From Phoronis australis (taxonomy: Eukaryota > Animalia > Phoronida): 64,000 bases of DNA. Positions 11,732-25,300 of the stretch are shown here, in pieces (positions within the stretch are counted from its first letter, which is position 1; each line of letters begins with the position of its first letter). A model generated the notes under the pieces. The model had not been told where the DNA came from. It saw only the letters and a list, made by a program, of their open reading frames with translations, and searched no databases. The stretch spans positions 150,646-214,645 of the forward strand of contig NMRA01000519.1 in NCBI GenBank assembly GCA_002633005.1, written 5' to 3'. Both the position numbers and the translations under genes were made by a program.

Positions 11732-14700
11732 TTATCTGAACTGTCCAAGTACAGTCTTTTCCACTCCCATTGTTGTAGACTCAAACATCAGTGAAGCAAC
11801 AAAGGCTGAGCTGTAGGCGAAGACGAGATTTCCGAAAAAGTAATAGATCTGGAAAAACAATTCAAAAACATTTAAATCTGGTCCTTGCGCCAACTTTTGG
11901 CCACATCACTTGACCTTGTGGTCAGTCTGCAATTATACAATATATAACTGCACTAATTGATGTTTAATTTAAAGAGAAAAGGCCAACATGAACAAAGATT
12001 AAATCCACAGCGTAGACTTTCAGTTTCCGTGCCGACGAGGGGAACTAAACGCAACATTAATTTTTGACTAAGCGAAATCTGGAACCAACAACCAAGTTCC
12101 AACTTCGTGATTCCAAATGTTACGAGTTTGCTATTACAAAATTAAAGTATGAAAGTGGTAACAAAATTTTCGCATAGCATTACGCCAAGACGACTAAGTA
12201 CTGAAACGCCTGAACGAGCGACTGTCTAGACGCCTCTGTATCCATTTGGAAATGCATAATTTCCGTTTTCAAAAGTGCCTTCTTTCACTGGTATCGTTTC
12301 CGTGTCGTATCTAAAATGTTTTATCCCCGTCCAAAGCGCTAATTCAATCATGAAAAAACAGGTAACGTTTTGAGTTTTCAAAGTTGTCCTAAACACGAAT
12401 GCACTACCGGTACAAATCGGCGCCTGCGCGGTTAGTTTTCCTCTACTCACTATATTGGGTATGGTATAGAGCGTGGGCAGTTCCTGTTGGTGTTTGTACC
12501 ACATGATGAGGACGGGGTGGACGAGGTAGGCACAGTAGGTAAGCCGACTGAGAGGTATTAGAGCAGACCAGGAGAGCAGCATGTTAACGAAACCTGCAAT
12601 GGACAGGAGTGTTGTTTTTGGCAAAAATAAGAGTTCGAATTTTAACATCAGCGCATATGTAAACAACGAAGTTATGTTCATAGACCTTTCGGCTAATTGT
12701 CTCAAAACCATTCTCATGGCAAAGTTCAAAATATTCCAAGCAGGTACCACAGGTGGAGATCACACTGTACGGGTACACGTCAAAATGAATCTTGAGCGAG
12801 GAGACCAAAAATCTTGAGAATGGGTTAATGGAAAAAATACAACAAAACGTCGATTAACAAAATGTGATTGTGTAAGTAAGGAATGGAGGAGTTTTCAAAA
12901 TGCAGGCGTCATAACAATTCATTTTTACACGTAGACATGCCAATATCAATCATCTGCTAGCCAACACCAAGTGCACGACGTACAGAATAGACGTGACTCG
13001 TTGTCGAAGAGCAAATTTCACTTCCATGAATAAGTGTCAATAGGATAGCCTGTTCACTACTCGTTTGTGTAAGCTATTCTCCTTGGTCCTTAGGCCAACT
13101 TATCTCACAGTTTGAAATTTTTCATTCACAGTTGTAATAAGCAATGGCTAAACTCGGTTTGTTTTATTACTTGAAACGATATATTTAAACGAGTCACTAA
13201 GTTGGAAAAAATTTACCTCCGTATCCAGAACAACAAGCGAATATCACCCATCCCACGCCGAGTGACCAGCCAAACCGGAAGGTGGCGTTGAACAAGGATG
13301 TGACGTTGTTCGTCCACGGTTTGCCGTTCAGAGGGTCATAAACTCCGTACAGTGTAGAAATACAAAGGAAAGCTGCCGCCAGCCATCCAAACAACACTGC
13401 TACCTGCACAACAAGATCAGGAGTTATCCAACCTAAAAACGTTGTTCACTCTACCCGTATCACGTTCAGCCTACATACAGTGTTGCAAAGTTTCAATCGA
13501 ATGTCTAGCCAGATCTGGACAAAACGGACATAGTCGAGGATGCTGTCTGGAAATTGGTTCAGACTGTGAAAAGATTGATTGGTGTACACGTATCAGTCAC
13601 CAGGGGGACATTTTTCGTCAACCAGACAGACGAATAAATAACAATCCTTGACCATAGATGCCTCCAAAATATGTGGTCTACATGTGGAAAGAGCGAAATT
13701 AGCCGACAGGACAAATTCCTTGTCGACAGTAGGGAGCCTACAAATGTTCTTTGGCTGAAAACATAGATCATGGGAGTGGAGTTTATTTCACGCAAAGTAG
13801 CGAGGAAATTTTGAAGCACGTGCGTGTGCGTGTGCGAGCACATGTAGAATGTGACCACTAAATTTTTCCCGAGACACAATAGGAAAATAACCATACATAT
13901 TGTGCTGTTTGTTTTACTCAAATCGTGCCATGTGAGTCTCGAGCTAATTTTCCTGGCCAAGGCAATGTTATGCAAAATCATTGTTACGAGTACATGGATT
14001 ATTGGGTAACCCACCTTTGGAAGACGGGCTTTGCATTTTGTTCTGTACAACACGTATCCAACAAGCATGCCCACGAGATAGGTTGACATCCGGATATACG
14101 GACGAACATAAAGCGTTGACCAAACAGGAGTCTGGTGGGTCCTGCGAAAATGGAAAACCGTTTGTAACATGCTGGAATAGCGTAAAAGTCATATTTGTTC
14201 TTCAACAACATACACTTATACATGCGCACAACCACCCTAAAACATAGGGTGTTTGAAGGTTTTGGTATGTGGAGCTTTTAGTGAGAAAGAGAACGGAAAC
14301 TAAAAAGCGTGGTACTAAGTTCATTCATCATGCATTCTCGCCGATTTCCGGTGGACCCTTATCTCATTTTCTCGTTCTTTTTGTTTCTCTGAGGGGGGCC
14401 TTTTTGCCCACTTCGCCAGATGGGGAGTCCCCTGGGTGTAAGCACTTCATTTACAAGCTTAAGGGGGCAGGGGTTTCACTCTCACACACCTACACTCATT
14501 CACACTTCGTCAGTTAACGGAAGTAACACCAAACAATATACGAATATAATGTATAACAGATTCACTGCATGGCAGCATTGGCGCTCTCCCACAGTCTAAT
14601 TTCAATGTTGTAGAGTTCTCTTTGTTTTTTAAAACTAAATATAGCAATTTTAACACATTTCAACATGAATATCTTTAAAGGCAGATAGGATTAGGTTTAG

Positions 14701-17700
14701 GGATAGGGGAAGTCAAATGTTGAAAAAGACACAAATCGCAACGTCTTTTAGGTTGGCGACTGCAACAAAACCTGTATATATATATATATATATATATATA
14801 AATATATAAATTCAAGTGATGAAAACACACAATTCCCTGTCTGTTTCTCACTTTGTTTCATGAAAAAGCCTACACATTAAAGGGCTCACTAATTTTAACA
14901 GAAACATAATATGTAAAATTCAAGATTGGCAGGATTTGCGTAAGAGTACATGTCTTACCCGGGTGGTGCGTCCTTTACATTTCCATACAGCCCAATGTAG
15001 TTAACGCTAGATATCACACCCGGGGTAACAATGGTACCAACCAAAAAGACCGCCCAGACACCTAGGCCTATAAATGATGACCTGGAAGTAAGAAAAAGGA
15101 CATGACGTCATACATGTATATGACAACTCATCACGGGGGAAGTTGATCTATAAATGTGCGTCACCCTATCCAGTGTTTAGAAGTGTGTCGCTATGGTGTC
15201 ATTACTAATTAGCAATCATATATCATTAAGATCCTTAAAGAAGCAGTTTTGCAAAATCATGTAGAGAATTATCAGATAACTACCAACTAACCTGAAAAGC
15301 GGGATTAATATCACAGGACTGATGACGTAAAACTGCATATCATTAGCCAAGTACCATGCCCATCCCATACACTGAAAGCAAAAGATGATGTAGGTATACT
15401 AATTGGACACTGCACAGATGCAAACTCGTTTTAGAGCAGCTGCTGCTCGAACAGTACATATGAATAAAATTCCGAAAATTGAATACTACCCGTTTTGCAC
15501 CTAATTTCCTGGAAATTGGTAACATGAGCCTAATGCGTTATTATAAGCACATGTAACGGTTCGGAAGTCAATTTACAATGAATATTTGGAATTTTCGTCT
15601 GATGGTGAGAAGGCAGATGTTCATGAAAATTAGCTAGTCAGAAAATGAAAGTTACAAAGATGGTTTGATTGCCGTTCAGTGCATCGGATTGGTGTAAATA
15701 TTAGTGACGTGTGAGATGCCTGGAAAAAACTAATGTACTTGATTGGTCCATTAAACTGGCAATGACTCCTCTTCACGGTGCATATGCCGAACATATAATT
15801 TATGACATCGCGTGCCTGAGCTATCAATCAATTCATTCGATTGTTGTCCTATGCTGACGCCTAGCCGTAAGCTAAATACTCGGATAATTTTCTCACGAGG
15901 TAGCAGATATCTCTTCGTCTGCGCTGAACTTGATGTATTTACGAGACATACATGTACATGTAAGCCTACCTGTTTGTCTGAGTGGACAATATTGTTGATG
16001 TAGAGCACGTTAGTCCACCAATTATACCTACAGTTGAGGTCTGTGTCTACCTGCCAGTATGGCCCGGAGCCCGTGTACTGGATTAAACACACGTATATCA
16101 TCATCACCAGCAAATATGGCGGAGTTAGTCTACAAACGTGATAAAGGAGGTGATGATCATTCCAGAACATCTTTTATCAAATGTTCACACCGACAGTTAG
16201 TACTAAGTTTATCTTTTTGCCAAATCAAAGCCTTCTTACAAGCTTTGAAAGAGCCAAGAACACGTAAAACATGTAACTGTTTGTTTTGTGCAAAGGCTTC
16301 AACAAGTAGACAATGATTCATCTGTATGTTTAGGGAAGTGGCAGTCAGTCAAGAAATTGTGCCAGGTTAGAAACGGCAAGTGCAAACAATATTGCCTGTA
16401 CGTGATTAATGAATATTAACAAATGGAGTGTCAAACCAAATCAATATTCTGCATGAATTATTTCGTAGTTGCCCTATACATGAATGCACATGCCCAGAGC
16501 GGCGAATTGTGGGAAAATATTTTCTTTTCCCCATTGTAACTGGAAATTCGTCAGGAGTGATGCAACTGCTTTCCCACTGCCTTCTATGTCCGTCTCTCCG
16601 TGAAATTAGCACGGTATACAAGCTTGTGCCAACATAACACCCACACCATGCAATTGTGACTAGAAAATGTTCAAAGTAAAGCTGGATGTTCACCTTATAT
16701 AGCGGTGTACGTAAAACATTAACCAGTTCAGCTTCCCTTTCCGACGATCCATCTCCTTCAGCGTAAGATACGTAACCAGGAGACCACTACAAACATAGAC
16801 AAGAGCAGCGCGGATGAAAGGGTGCTTTTCTGACCACATACGTGCACTGATTGGTTAAAAAATTTACTCTAAACTTGTTTTCCGGCAAGGCTACTGGTTC
16901 GATACACAGCAGCCAGTTAGGTCTACATGACCTTCAAGGATATGTAGGTTCAGGATTTTCTAAAACCTGCGTCAGCGGACTAAGTATTGACGGGGTCTCT
17001 ACCTGTAGTCTTAATGTGTCTTTCTGAGCAAAGCGATTGCAGTATTAGGCGTGTTGAAATCCTCGTCACTCATTAAAAGCAAACGACGATGCATTAGGCT
17101 GCATTGTACTTCAGACACTTCACGTCTCGTTAAACTAGCAAGTCAAATTACTCACCTTAAAACGAAAAACGTGTCAACAGAGACGGTAGCGTTCACTATT
17201 GCGAGAAAAGTCCATCGCTTAACGTATATTGGCAGATCACCCATGTTACCTGAAACGACGGCGATTAAATTACAACACAGCAGACCATGCTGAACTAACG
17301 ATACGCTTTTGCATTAATGGAGTGCAACGGGTTTTTTTTTTGGGGGGGGGGTTAACAACTCAAGTTCATTTTGTTAGCAGGAGTCGAACAGCATGTTGAC
17401 TGTCAGTTGGCATTGGGAACAGAGTAAGCCCGATAGACATGTTGATGCACGTACCTACTGGGAAAACAAGGTCTCTGAATTTGGGAAATTTTGTGTTATA
17501 TCTGATTGTATTCGAACAATCGCTTACGGAGGTTTACAGAGTTCGAATCCTATGTCTTTTAGAAAATTTTCTGAGGACGAGTTTGGCGATTTCCAGTGAT
17601 ACAAACTATCAGAAAAAGTACAGTTTTTAAGTCCGCAAATTTGCTGGAGACTGTTGTTAAAGGATCCAGTGCCTATGCCGGTCGACTTACCTATGGTTCC

Positions 17701-20700
17701 GGGAGAGTTGCCTATAACCAATGTGTGGCCGAGTATTACCCAAGTCATACTTAGAAATCGGATTCCGTTGATGCACTCCAGCGATCCTGCCGTCTGCTTG
17801 GCGCTGAGAATCTTCTTGCCATTGGTGTAGACAGAGAACGACAAGATGAAGTTGCACAGAAAACCTGTAAAGGAATTCGTTAGCATATTCAAGGCATAGT
17901 TACAAAATCTTGATTAGGTCCTAAGAAGTATATCAAGATAATGAGTCAGAGAGTATTTGGTGGTTGTGACGGTGTTGGTGGTCAAAATGGTGTTGGGACT
18001 AAACACCTGTAGAGAGAGAGAGAGNNNNNNNNNNNNNNNNNNNNNNNNNNNNNNNNNNNNNNNNNNNNNNNNNNNNNNNNNNNNNNNNNNNNNNNNNNNN
18101 NNNNNNNNNNNNNNNNNNNNNNNNNNNNNNNNNNNNNNNNNNNNNNNNNNNNNNNNNNNNNNNNNNNNNNNNNNNNNNNNNNNNNNNNNNNNNNNNNNNN
18201 NNNNNNNNNNNNNNNNNNNNNNNNNNNNNNNNNNNNNNNNNNNNNNNNNNNNNNNNNNNNNNNNNNNNNNNNNNNNNNNNNNNNNNNNNNNNNNNNNNNN
18301 NNNNNNNNNGGGAGAGAGGGAGAGGGGGAGAGAGGGTGAGAGGGTGAGAGAGAGGGGGAATTCTAAAAGTTCTGCTACCATATTCAAACTCTCCCTGCAT
18401 CCCTGCCGTAACCTTAAGGTAGGTGTATCTTGAACTGGTTTATTCACCTTTCTGTGAGGCTTTGCTTTCGTTGACTACTAGACCAAGCTCGTCACCTTCA
18501 TCTACCGTGCTGCGGAAGAACTGGTCGTAGACATCGTACGACGTGCCCACGATAATGAAGACGACGAAGAAGGCAACAACAACACTGCAATCAAATGTGA
18601 TTTAGTCCCCATGAGTTGACAACGACATTACATCTCAAGCATTCTATACCATGTAAGTATAGACGTCCATGCATGGTATAGCTACTTACAAGTAGATTGG
18701 TCAACTCTAAAATTCAAATTTGGATTGCCTTGATGGAGTTAGAGTTTTAATTGTCATTTCGGCCTACTGTGACGCGCTTTCCAGGATTGGGAAGAAAAGT
18801 ACACATTCTTTAGGCTCATACACTAAGAGAAGCATTCCCATTTTGTTAAATTAGAAGTTTGAAACTGTCTTTAATTACCCGCTGCTGTCCATCACCAACG
18901 ACGCAAGGCTTGTAGCCATGAATGACGAATGACTTTGTAAGGAAGGAGATTATCATCTTATTAACTTATAGCGGATGTGGGCTACAGAGAGTAGTTTTTA
19001 GGTTCCAGCTAAGAAACCAATATACGTGTATGATTTAGCATTTGGTAATATGCTATGACACAGCTTAGTAATGCTCTGAGTGAAAGACTTACAAGGCTAC
19101 GATGGCCCTTGTGTCCACTACTTTCTCCGTAGGCTGGCACGTGACTTGTACGTCACTGCTGTTGACGGCGAGTTTTGGAACTAAGGCACCAACTGTACTT
19201 GACGTCATGTTCACAACTGCGTGACAGTGAGATAAAGTTTAAACAAAACCAGTATCGTTAGCCAATAGTAAAATGCGAAAAACGAGTAAGAAACTTATCA
19301 TTAATTGTTAAATATGTACTATGTAGGCTCTAGTCATTTTCACAGTATACAAAGTATGTCGATGACGGTATTCACTTGCTAAATAGAGTGCCTGGCCTTA
19401 TAGCTAATTATGGACGATTGTTTGACTTTTTCTAGAACACTGATTTGTAAATTGGTTAAGGAAGGTCATTCGGGTTATTTAAAGGCAAACTATAACGAAC
19501 GGATAGTCTGAACTAAAATTTCATTTATTCCAAAATTTGGCCCATCAATTTCCTGTGATGCTGCTCACTGCAAACGAGAACGCATGAATGAATAACAAAC
19601 TGGACGTTTTATTGACTCTTAAAAACATGCCCTAATTGTGTTAGTAAGTCGACATCGACCAGAACGCTGTTCCGCAAGATACACGTATCTGCTACAGACT
19701 TCGGTTTAGACGTCCGGAGTCAAATTGCAATTATGTTGCCATTTTCCATTCTATAGAACTTAGTGTATATGGAATCAAGATAATCGGACATGTATATGTT
19801 ATTCAGTGTTAGGGTACATTATGGTTCACGTAAATGGCTGTTTAACCCTGATTTGCCTTGAAAAACGCAAAATTGAAATTATTAGTTCAAAATCTTATGT
19901 TTTTGCCCGAGTTTACTGCTCATGTCAAATGGTCTGACGCGTTAACTTGAACTCACCTGCATCATTTATGATAATGTACTCAATGATTACAATAATTCGC
20001 TGACTTCCTATACAAATTATATTACATTATGATGCCGGAATATGCATTGCTTGACCCTTCTTTGCTGGAAACAATTGCCCAAAAACGAGATCACGTGGCC
20101 TTAATTTGCTCTCACTACTTCATGTACCTGCTCGAAGTAGTGTTTTCGCCTCAGTTTCGTTACAGTTGCTGGGCACACACACGGCACTCCCGATACTAGA
20201 AACTGCTCCGCCCTGAAAATGTCCAAGCATTGTCATGCAACTGCATCTACATGTACATTAGCATACATAATTATTGGGAAGTTATAATACATACGAATCT
20301 ACGCAGGAGGGAAATTGTACGCTACCCCACGCTCAGCATGCCTAGGCCAGACATTGGCTAATCCTTCTCACGTGATTGTAAATTGATGCGCGTGGCTCAA
20401 CCGCGGTGCAAAAGAAAACGTTTTCGCTATAATTTCCTTCATAATCCACTGATTTTGAAAATTTGAAGAAGGTAATATTTACTGTTCAAATTTATAACCA
20501 TTCACTATGGGTGCTTGTCTTTTTCGTTGTTCGTTTTTTGACTTTCGGAAAATCGTACCCTAAACGGGTGCGTCGTCACAGCGGCAATTATCTCATTCAA
20601 TGCACATTCCAACATGAATTGCGCGCAATCACCACATTTCGATGTGTGATGAGGAAATAAAGTCTTTGATGAGTCAAAAATTCTCTGGAGATTGTGGGTG

Positions 20701-22387
20701 AGGGCTGAACGCATTCTCATCCAGTGCGCGCAAATAATATGTAACCGTGATCTTTCCAATCAGAATGCAGTCGATTAGGCTGCTTAAAGTGACTCTGGCC
20801 GCCAGGGTACTCACCATCAGTTTACCGAAAGGAATGCTAGCCAGGCAATAACGGCCGTTGATGCCGATATTGGTCGTGTTATCCTGGGCATTTGGCACCA
20901 TGGCGGCAATTTCCACGCATTCCGTATAGGAGCCCAGCCATATTGTCCTGAAGTCTCTCAACAAGGAACTTGGAAGTTTTCCAGCTGCGTCCACCACTTT
21001 GAGAGTACAAAGAAATTGTAGACGTGCATGTCAACAGTATTTGGAGTTGAAAAACTAATGTATAATGAGCACTAAATGCAAAATCATTGAAAAAGATACC
21101 ACAGATTTTGTGTTACTTTAAGTACCCGGCGAACCAAGTGGCCTGGGACGAACCACAGATTGGTATAATTGACATACATAATGGGCAGTTGTTTAGTTCC
21201 AAACACTCGTAATATTTTCCGAAGCCTAAACTAAACCTGCCTTTTGAAATTTAAACTGGTTTGGGTTAATTACATGTATGTTACTCGGGTTCAAGGCCAC
21301 GGTCTATTCGAAATCACAGAAGTGAGTACGAAGGCGTTGCACAATCATTTATGAATGTCTATGGATGCACTCATATCAACGAACTACGCGAGTGTCACAC
21401 AGATGTCTAGAAAATTAACAAAATATAGTTTTAAAATATTTATACTTAATTAGCCATACTTAACAGAACAACAAATCCAATGGCGAATTTAGAAGGGGGC
21501 CAAGGGCGCCATGGACCCCTTAAAACTTTCCTAGGGCAGTGCGGGAGTGCGAATGTCTCACGGACAAAATACCAGCTAATACTCTGCCCTGCCCCCCAAT
21601 TCAAAATCCTGGATCCGCCCCTGAAATCTCATCTCCGACAGAAACACAGGACTAAAGCAATTGAATGATTATTTGAGCAACGATGTCAAAATTGAACACT
21701 TTTCATCTGTCGCCAGGTTGCGGTGTGGTGGTGAACAAAAGACAACCCTACGCGCTCAGCAACTTAAACCTAAGTCTCGGGTCATTTCCTGTACTCGAAA
21801 TCCATTTGAAGTGGAAATCAATTTGACACTATTTTTTGCTCGAACTCTATAGTCCATATTCAGTAGATTATGGTTTACAAACTATACTACCCATTACATG
21901 TATATACGTTTTATCATATGAGAACAAAATGCCAGGAGATCATAATAACTTGTGAACCCAGACTGGTAAAATATACATTTGTATAATCATGACGTGAATC
22001 GCGACGTTTGAATGGTGGTTTTGTCAACAAAGTTTATCGGACTGAGCAGCCGAGGCTCGATCCGCGCGAGTGCAGCTTACTTCTCAGGGCCCATTTCTCT
22101 CCCATTAAAAGCCCGTTGATGGTTGTTTCCACGGCGGCAACACAGCTATTGGAAACATCGTCTGCAGACTGTTGGAGTGCCTGCCTGCTTAGTCTTGCCA
22201 AGTCAGAATGCGACGTCCACTTTAATTCCTTCCCGACCAGTCGGTAAAGATTGGCAAGGAACTGTGAGTCTTCTGTAGCGGGACGAGACGCAAAAATCTC
22301 CTGAGTGTTTTCAAATGGTTCATATTGACAGTTAGCTCGGAGTATGAATGTAAACAGGAACAAAAATTGGACGTTGAAAGAGTCCAT
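11732..22387 (-). CDS. Nose-resistant-to-fluoxetine-6 (NRF-6)/O-acyltransferase-like protein (NRF domain + Acyl_transf_3), 15 exons, ~710 aa
   Basis: Exons: 22081-22387, 20815-20996, 20128-20212, 19093-19216, 18448-18584, 17691-17864, 17156-17249, 16694-16786, 15970-16129, 15292-15371, 14959-15081, 14015-14141, 13217-13403, 12451-12593, 11732-11848. All are GT-AG and phase-compatible, totalling 2133 nt. Motifs: WALRMVDAAGKLPS..LGSYTEC, CINGIRFLSMTWVILGH, VDTFFVLSG, HRYIRLTP, WYLANDMQF, LSRLTYCAYLVHP. Confidence 0.93.
14776..14808. repeat. (TA)n microsatellite
   Basis: Direct reading of the tatata run. Confidence 0.9.
18010..18358. repeat. (GA)n purine-rich microsatellite spanning an N-gap
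   Basis: agagag runs flank both sides of the gap at 18025-18309. Confidence 0.85.
21478..21623. mobile_element. Short hAT-like MITE (CAGGGGCGGATCCAGG-type end)
   Basis: Right end cctggatccgcccctg, diverged left end caatggcgaatttagaa, flanked on both sides by aaatc. Confidence 0.55.
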
Positions 22388-25300
22388 GGAGTCGCCTCTT
22401 AGTCTCACAAAAGCAAATACCTAGTAATCCGGAGGTCACTCCACAGCGGACTTAGTGGACTCGCGATAGGTATTTTTCTGGACCAAAATAAGCTCGAGCA
22501 CCTCTGTCAGCACCTTAATTCCTGTGATTGACTGATACTGATATTTGGTGAAGCCTTAGAACATTCTGTTAGGATATTTTTATCACTCAATGTTCGCGGG
22601 CGCTAACTCATTATGGAAGCAGTCCGCCGTAGATTTGGAGACGTCATTAATACTCGTAAAGCTGTTTGACTTGACGATATTGCATGTTATGCACATGTGG
22701 GACCGTACATGTACATGTACGTTGAAAATACATGAGTGATAAATTTAGTTGCTACTTGGAATCAATTTAGGCCTACACTCAGCCACAACAATTAACCTTC
22801 CTCCCCCTCCCCTCCCTTCCCCCCGGCAACTCACCTGACGTGATATTTACTTTTCAACTCGTGATACCCAAATCATTGCCTGTTACGAGCAAAGTGCACA
22901 TTGTACAGTGTAGTTGTGCAATCAGCCAAACGTTTATGAGTACCCCCAGTCGAGCCTGAATGGGGTCATCACGCTTTGCAGTCCAGCTCGATTACGTCAA
23001 TGAAAATATGTTAATCAGTGCATGAAGAGGTTAAGCAGCGCATGGTAGAAAGGAATCACAAGCGTGCCAGTTGTTAGCTGCAATGTTTTTTTACGTTAGT
23101 GTGTTAAATATCGCTTTTATTACCTACCCAAATTGTCTATTATATCCGCGCGCTTCGTAATTATCTAGTTTGAGCTACAGTGGGGGCATGTATTCCCCAG
23201 TCACCGATATGGGGTGGCAGCCCCACAAACCGGAGTATCATGACACAAAAAGAAGAATTTTTGATCAGTGGGCTATCCTAAAAGTTGTCTAAACGTGTGG
23301 AGGTTTCATTTGCAATCTCTTATAGATTAACGAAAAATTCATTTTTTGTAGAAAGTTTGACCCTGCTTAGCTGGCTAAATAAATAAACACCATTTAAGCT
23401 TCTATTTCCTATGAAATCAACGTCATCAACAATCCTTAGAAAGATTGCATTAATGTTACCGACAAGAACGTTTGCCGGAGATTAACTGGGGTTTGCGAAT
23501 TCGAAATTGAAAATTGTGCGTATACGCTTTGCCATTGCTTACGGTTGTTATCGGGAATAGAATGTTATCACCTGATTGACGGCAAAGAATTTATTTGACC
23601 ATAGACCTCTAGCCCTGGAATGCAAACTTCCGGCGATTTCGAAGCCGCTGAGGTTGCGCTGAGCACCCGTGCATTTGTTTGTTTCGTTACTTGCGTATAA
23701 ACTTGATATGGAATTGTCATTAAAATTTTTCGAAACTCCGCCGTATTTCAACCAAATCGAATAAAAGCCATGCCATTAGAAAGTCCTTTGTCGGTTCTTG
23801 ATGATTACATCAGAAGCTAAAGATAAATAATTTATTTCAAATATATTTAAAATGTTCTTGAATTCTTATAACCACGAGTGTTACCAAAATGCGAAAAGAA
23901 CATAAAAGGAGGTTAACCAGAGAGGCTACATGGATGGCTGGTGAGAAATTATGGAAATAATTTCAATGACAGATTCAAAATATTTCTACCCTATAACGTC
24001 AAGGCGCGGGTTTTAGAATATTGATCTCTCACACGTGGTGTGCATAATTTAGTCGGGCTTTCATCGAAACTTACACATCTTTATATATTATAATTAATTG
24101 GACCTTCGGTGCCGTTTAGCACAATTACATTGATTTTCTTCAAAAAGTTAAAAATACAGTGGCATTTTCGAAAAATCTGATCAACTTCATGTACTCCGAG
24201 TATCTAACCGAAATTTGCCGACAAAGGTTTTTTGATACAAGCGTATCTTTCAAATGTATAGCGGATAGCTGGCCATACGGTGTCAGTGCAGGACTTTCCA
24301 TAAAAGTACAGAAATACACTCTTTTCTTCAGAAAGTACAAATTAGTGATCCAGATACAGCGTATGTTACCATAAATAGGAATCCTAGCAACACATCGACA
24401 CATGATTGCCATGATAAGAAATAAAATGGATTCTGGAAAATAACGATATCCATAAAAAGAGACAACGCTATTTTGAACAAGTGTTTCATAGTAGTTGTCA
24501 CGGTCAACATTCAAGAACGAAAAGACGGAACAACTAGATTTAAAAGGATGAGAAGCCGGGCATCAGGGTCAAAGCAAACAACCAAGGGTGAAATTTTCGC
24601 TGCAACACACAAAGACGAACCAACAACGTTATCTGTTGAACGGGAGATGTAACACTCAGAAATGCCCGACAGCGTCCTTTACTGTTGTTTAACAATAAAA
24701 TGTGAAATTGCACGTGTCGCAAATATTTTCTGTTTTTGTCGAGCGCGAAAGTATGGATATGCCGGGTGGAAAATTGCAATAGTAATTATAATAATACGAC
24801 AATTTGGCTGTGTGCCAAAAAAGCGGACAATCAGATGGTGCGGAGGGATGGCGGGAAAATCAAGATTGTGGGACAGTCGCCCAAGAGAGCCAGGGACAAT
24901 TTGCAAATGCACTGTACGCTGTCGGCAACACGGGGTAGGCCTACTGGAATGGATTCGTTTACAAAGTAAACTTTTCACTTTTAAAATATTATTTCAAAGG
25001 TATACCTATGTACTACAGTACGCCCAACTCTCAGAAATCGAATTAACAAAAAGGGACATCTGTGCACACGTGGAACCATTTGAAAACAGTAACACTGTAC
25101 ACACGACTAGTGCGTGCGCACTCACGCACACTTAGTGAATAATTATAAAAACGCAGAGGTTGTCCAGTTGTGAAATATTTCAAATAAACACAGACAAATC
25201 TGGAACACAGTCATAAACATACATGTACTGTGTGTATATATCATCTTTTTCAGTGAGGCGTGGAATAAGTTGCGTGTAGTTTATCTCGTTCAATCCGCCA

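Noticed and set aside
17950-18007. Possible extra NRF-6-like exon after the polypyrimidine ctctctacag
   Set aside because: No donor was found, and the flanking exons (18448 and 17864) already join in phase.
17914-18447. Long ORFs crossing N-gaps (also 3913-4238, 46558-47015, 51285-51850)
   Set aside because: They are open only because Ns are translated as X.
19482-19860. Second Kolobok-like MITE in an NRF-6-like intron
   Set aside because: The terminal match (ttaaaggcaaa / tttgccttgaa) is too short and the right TTAA is imperfect.
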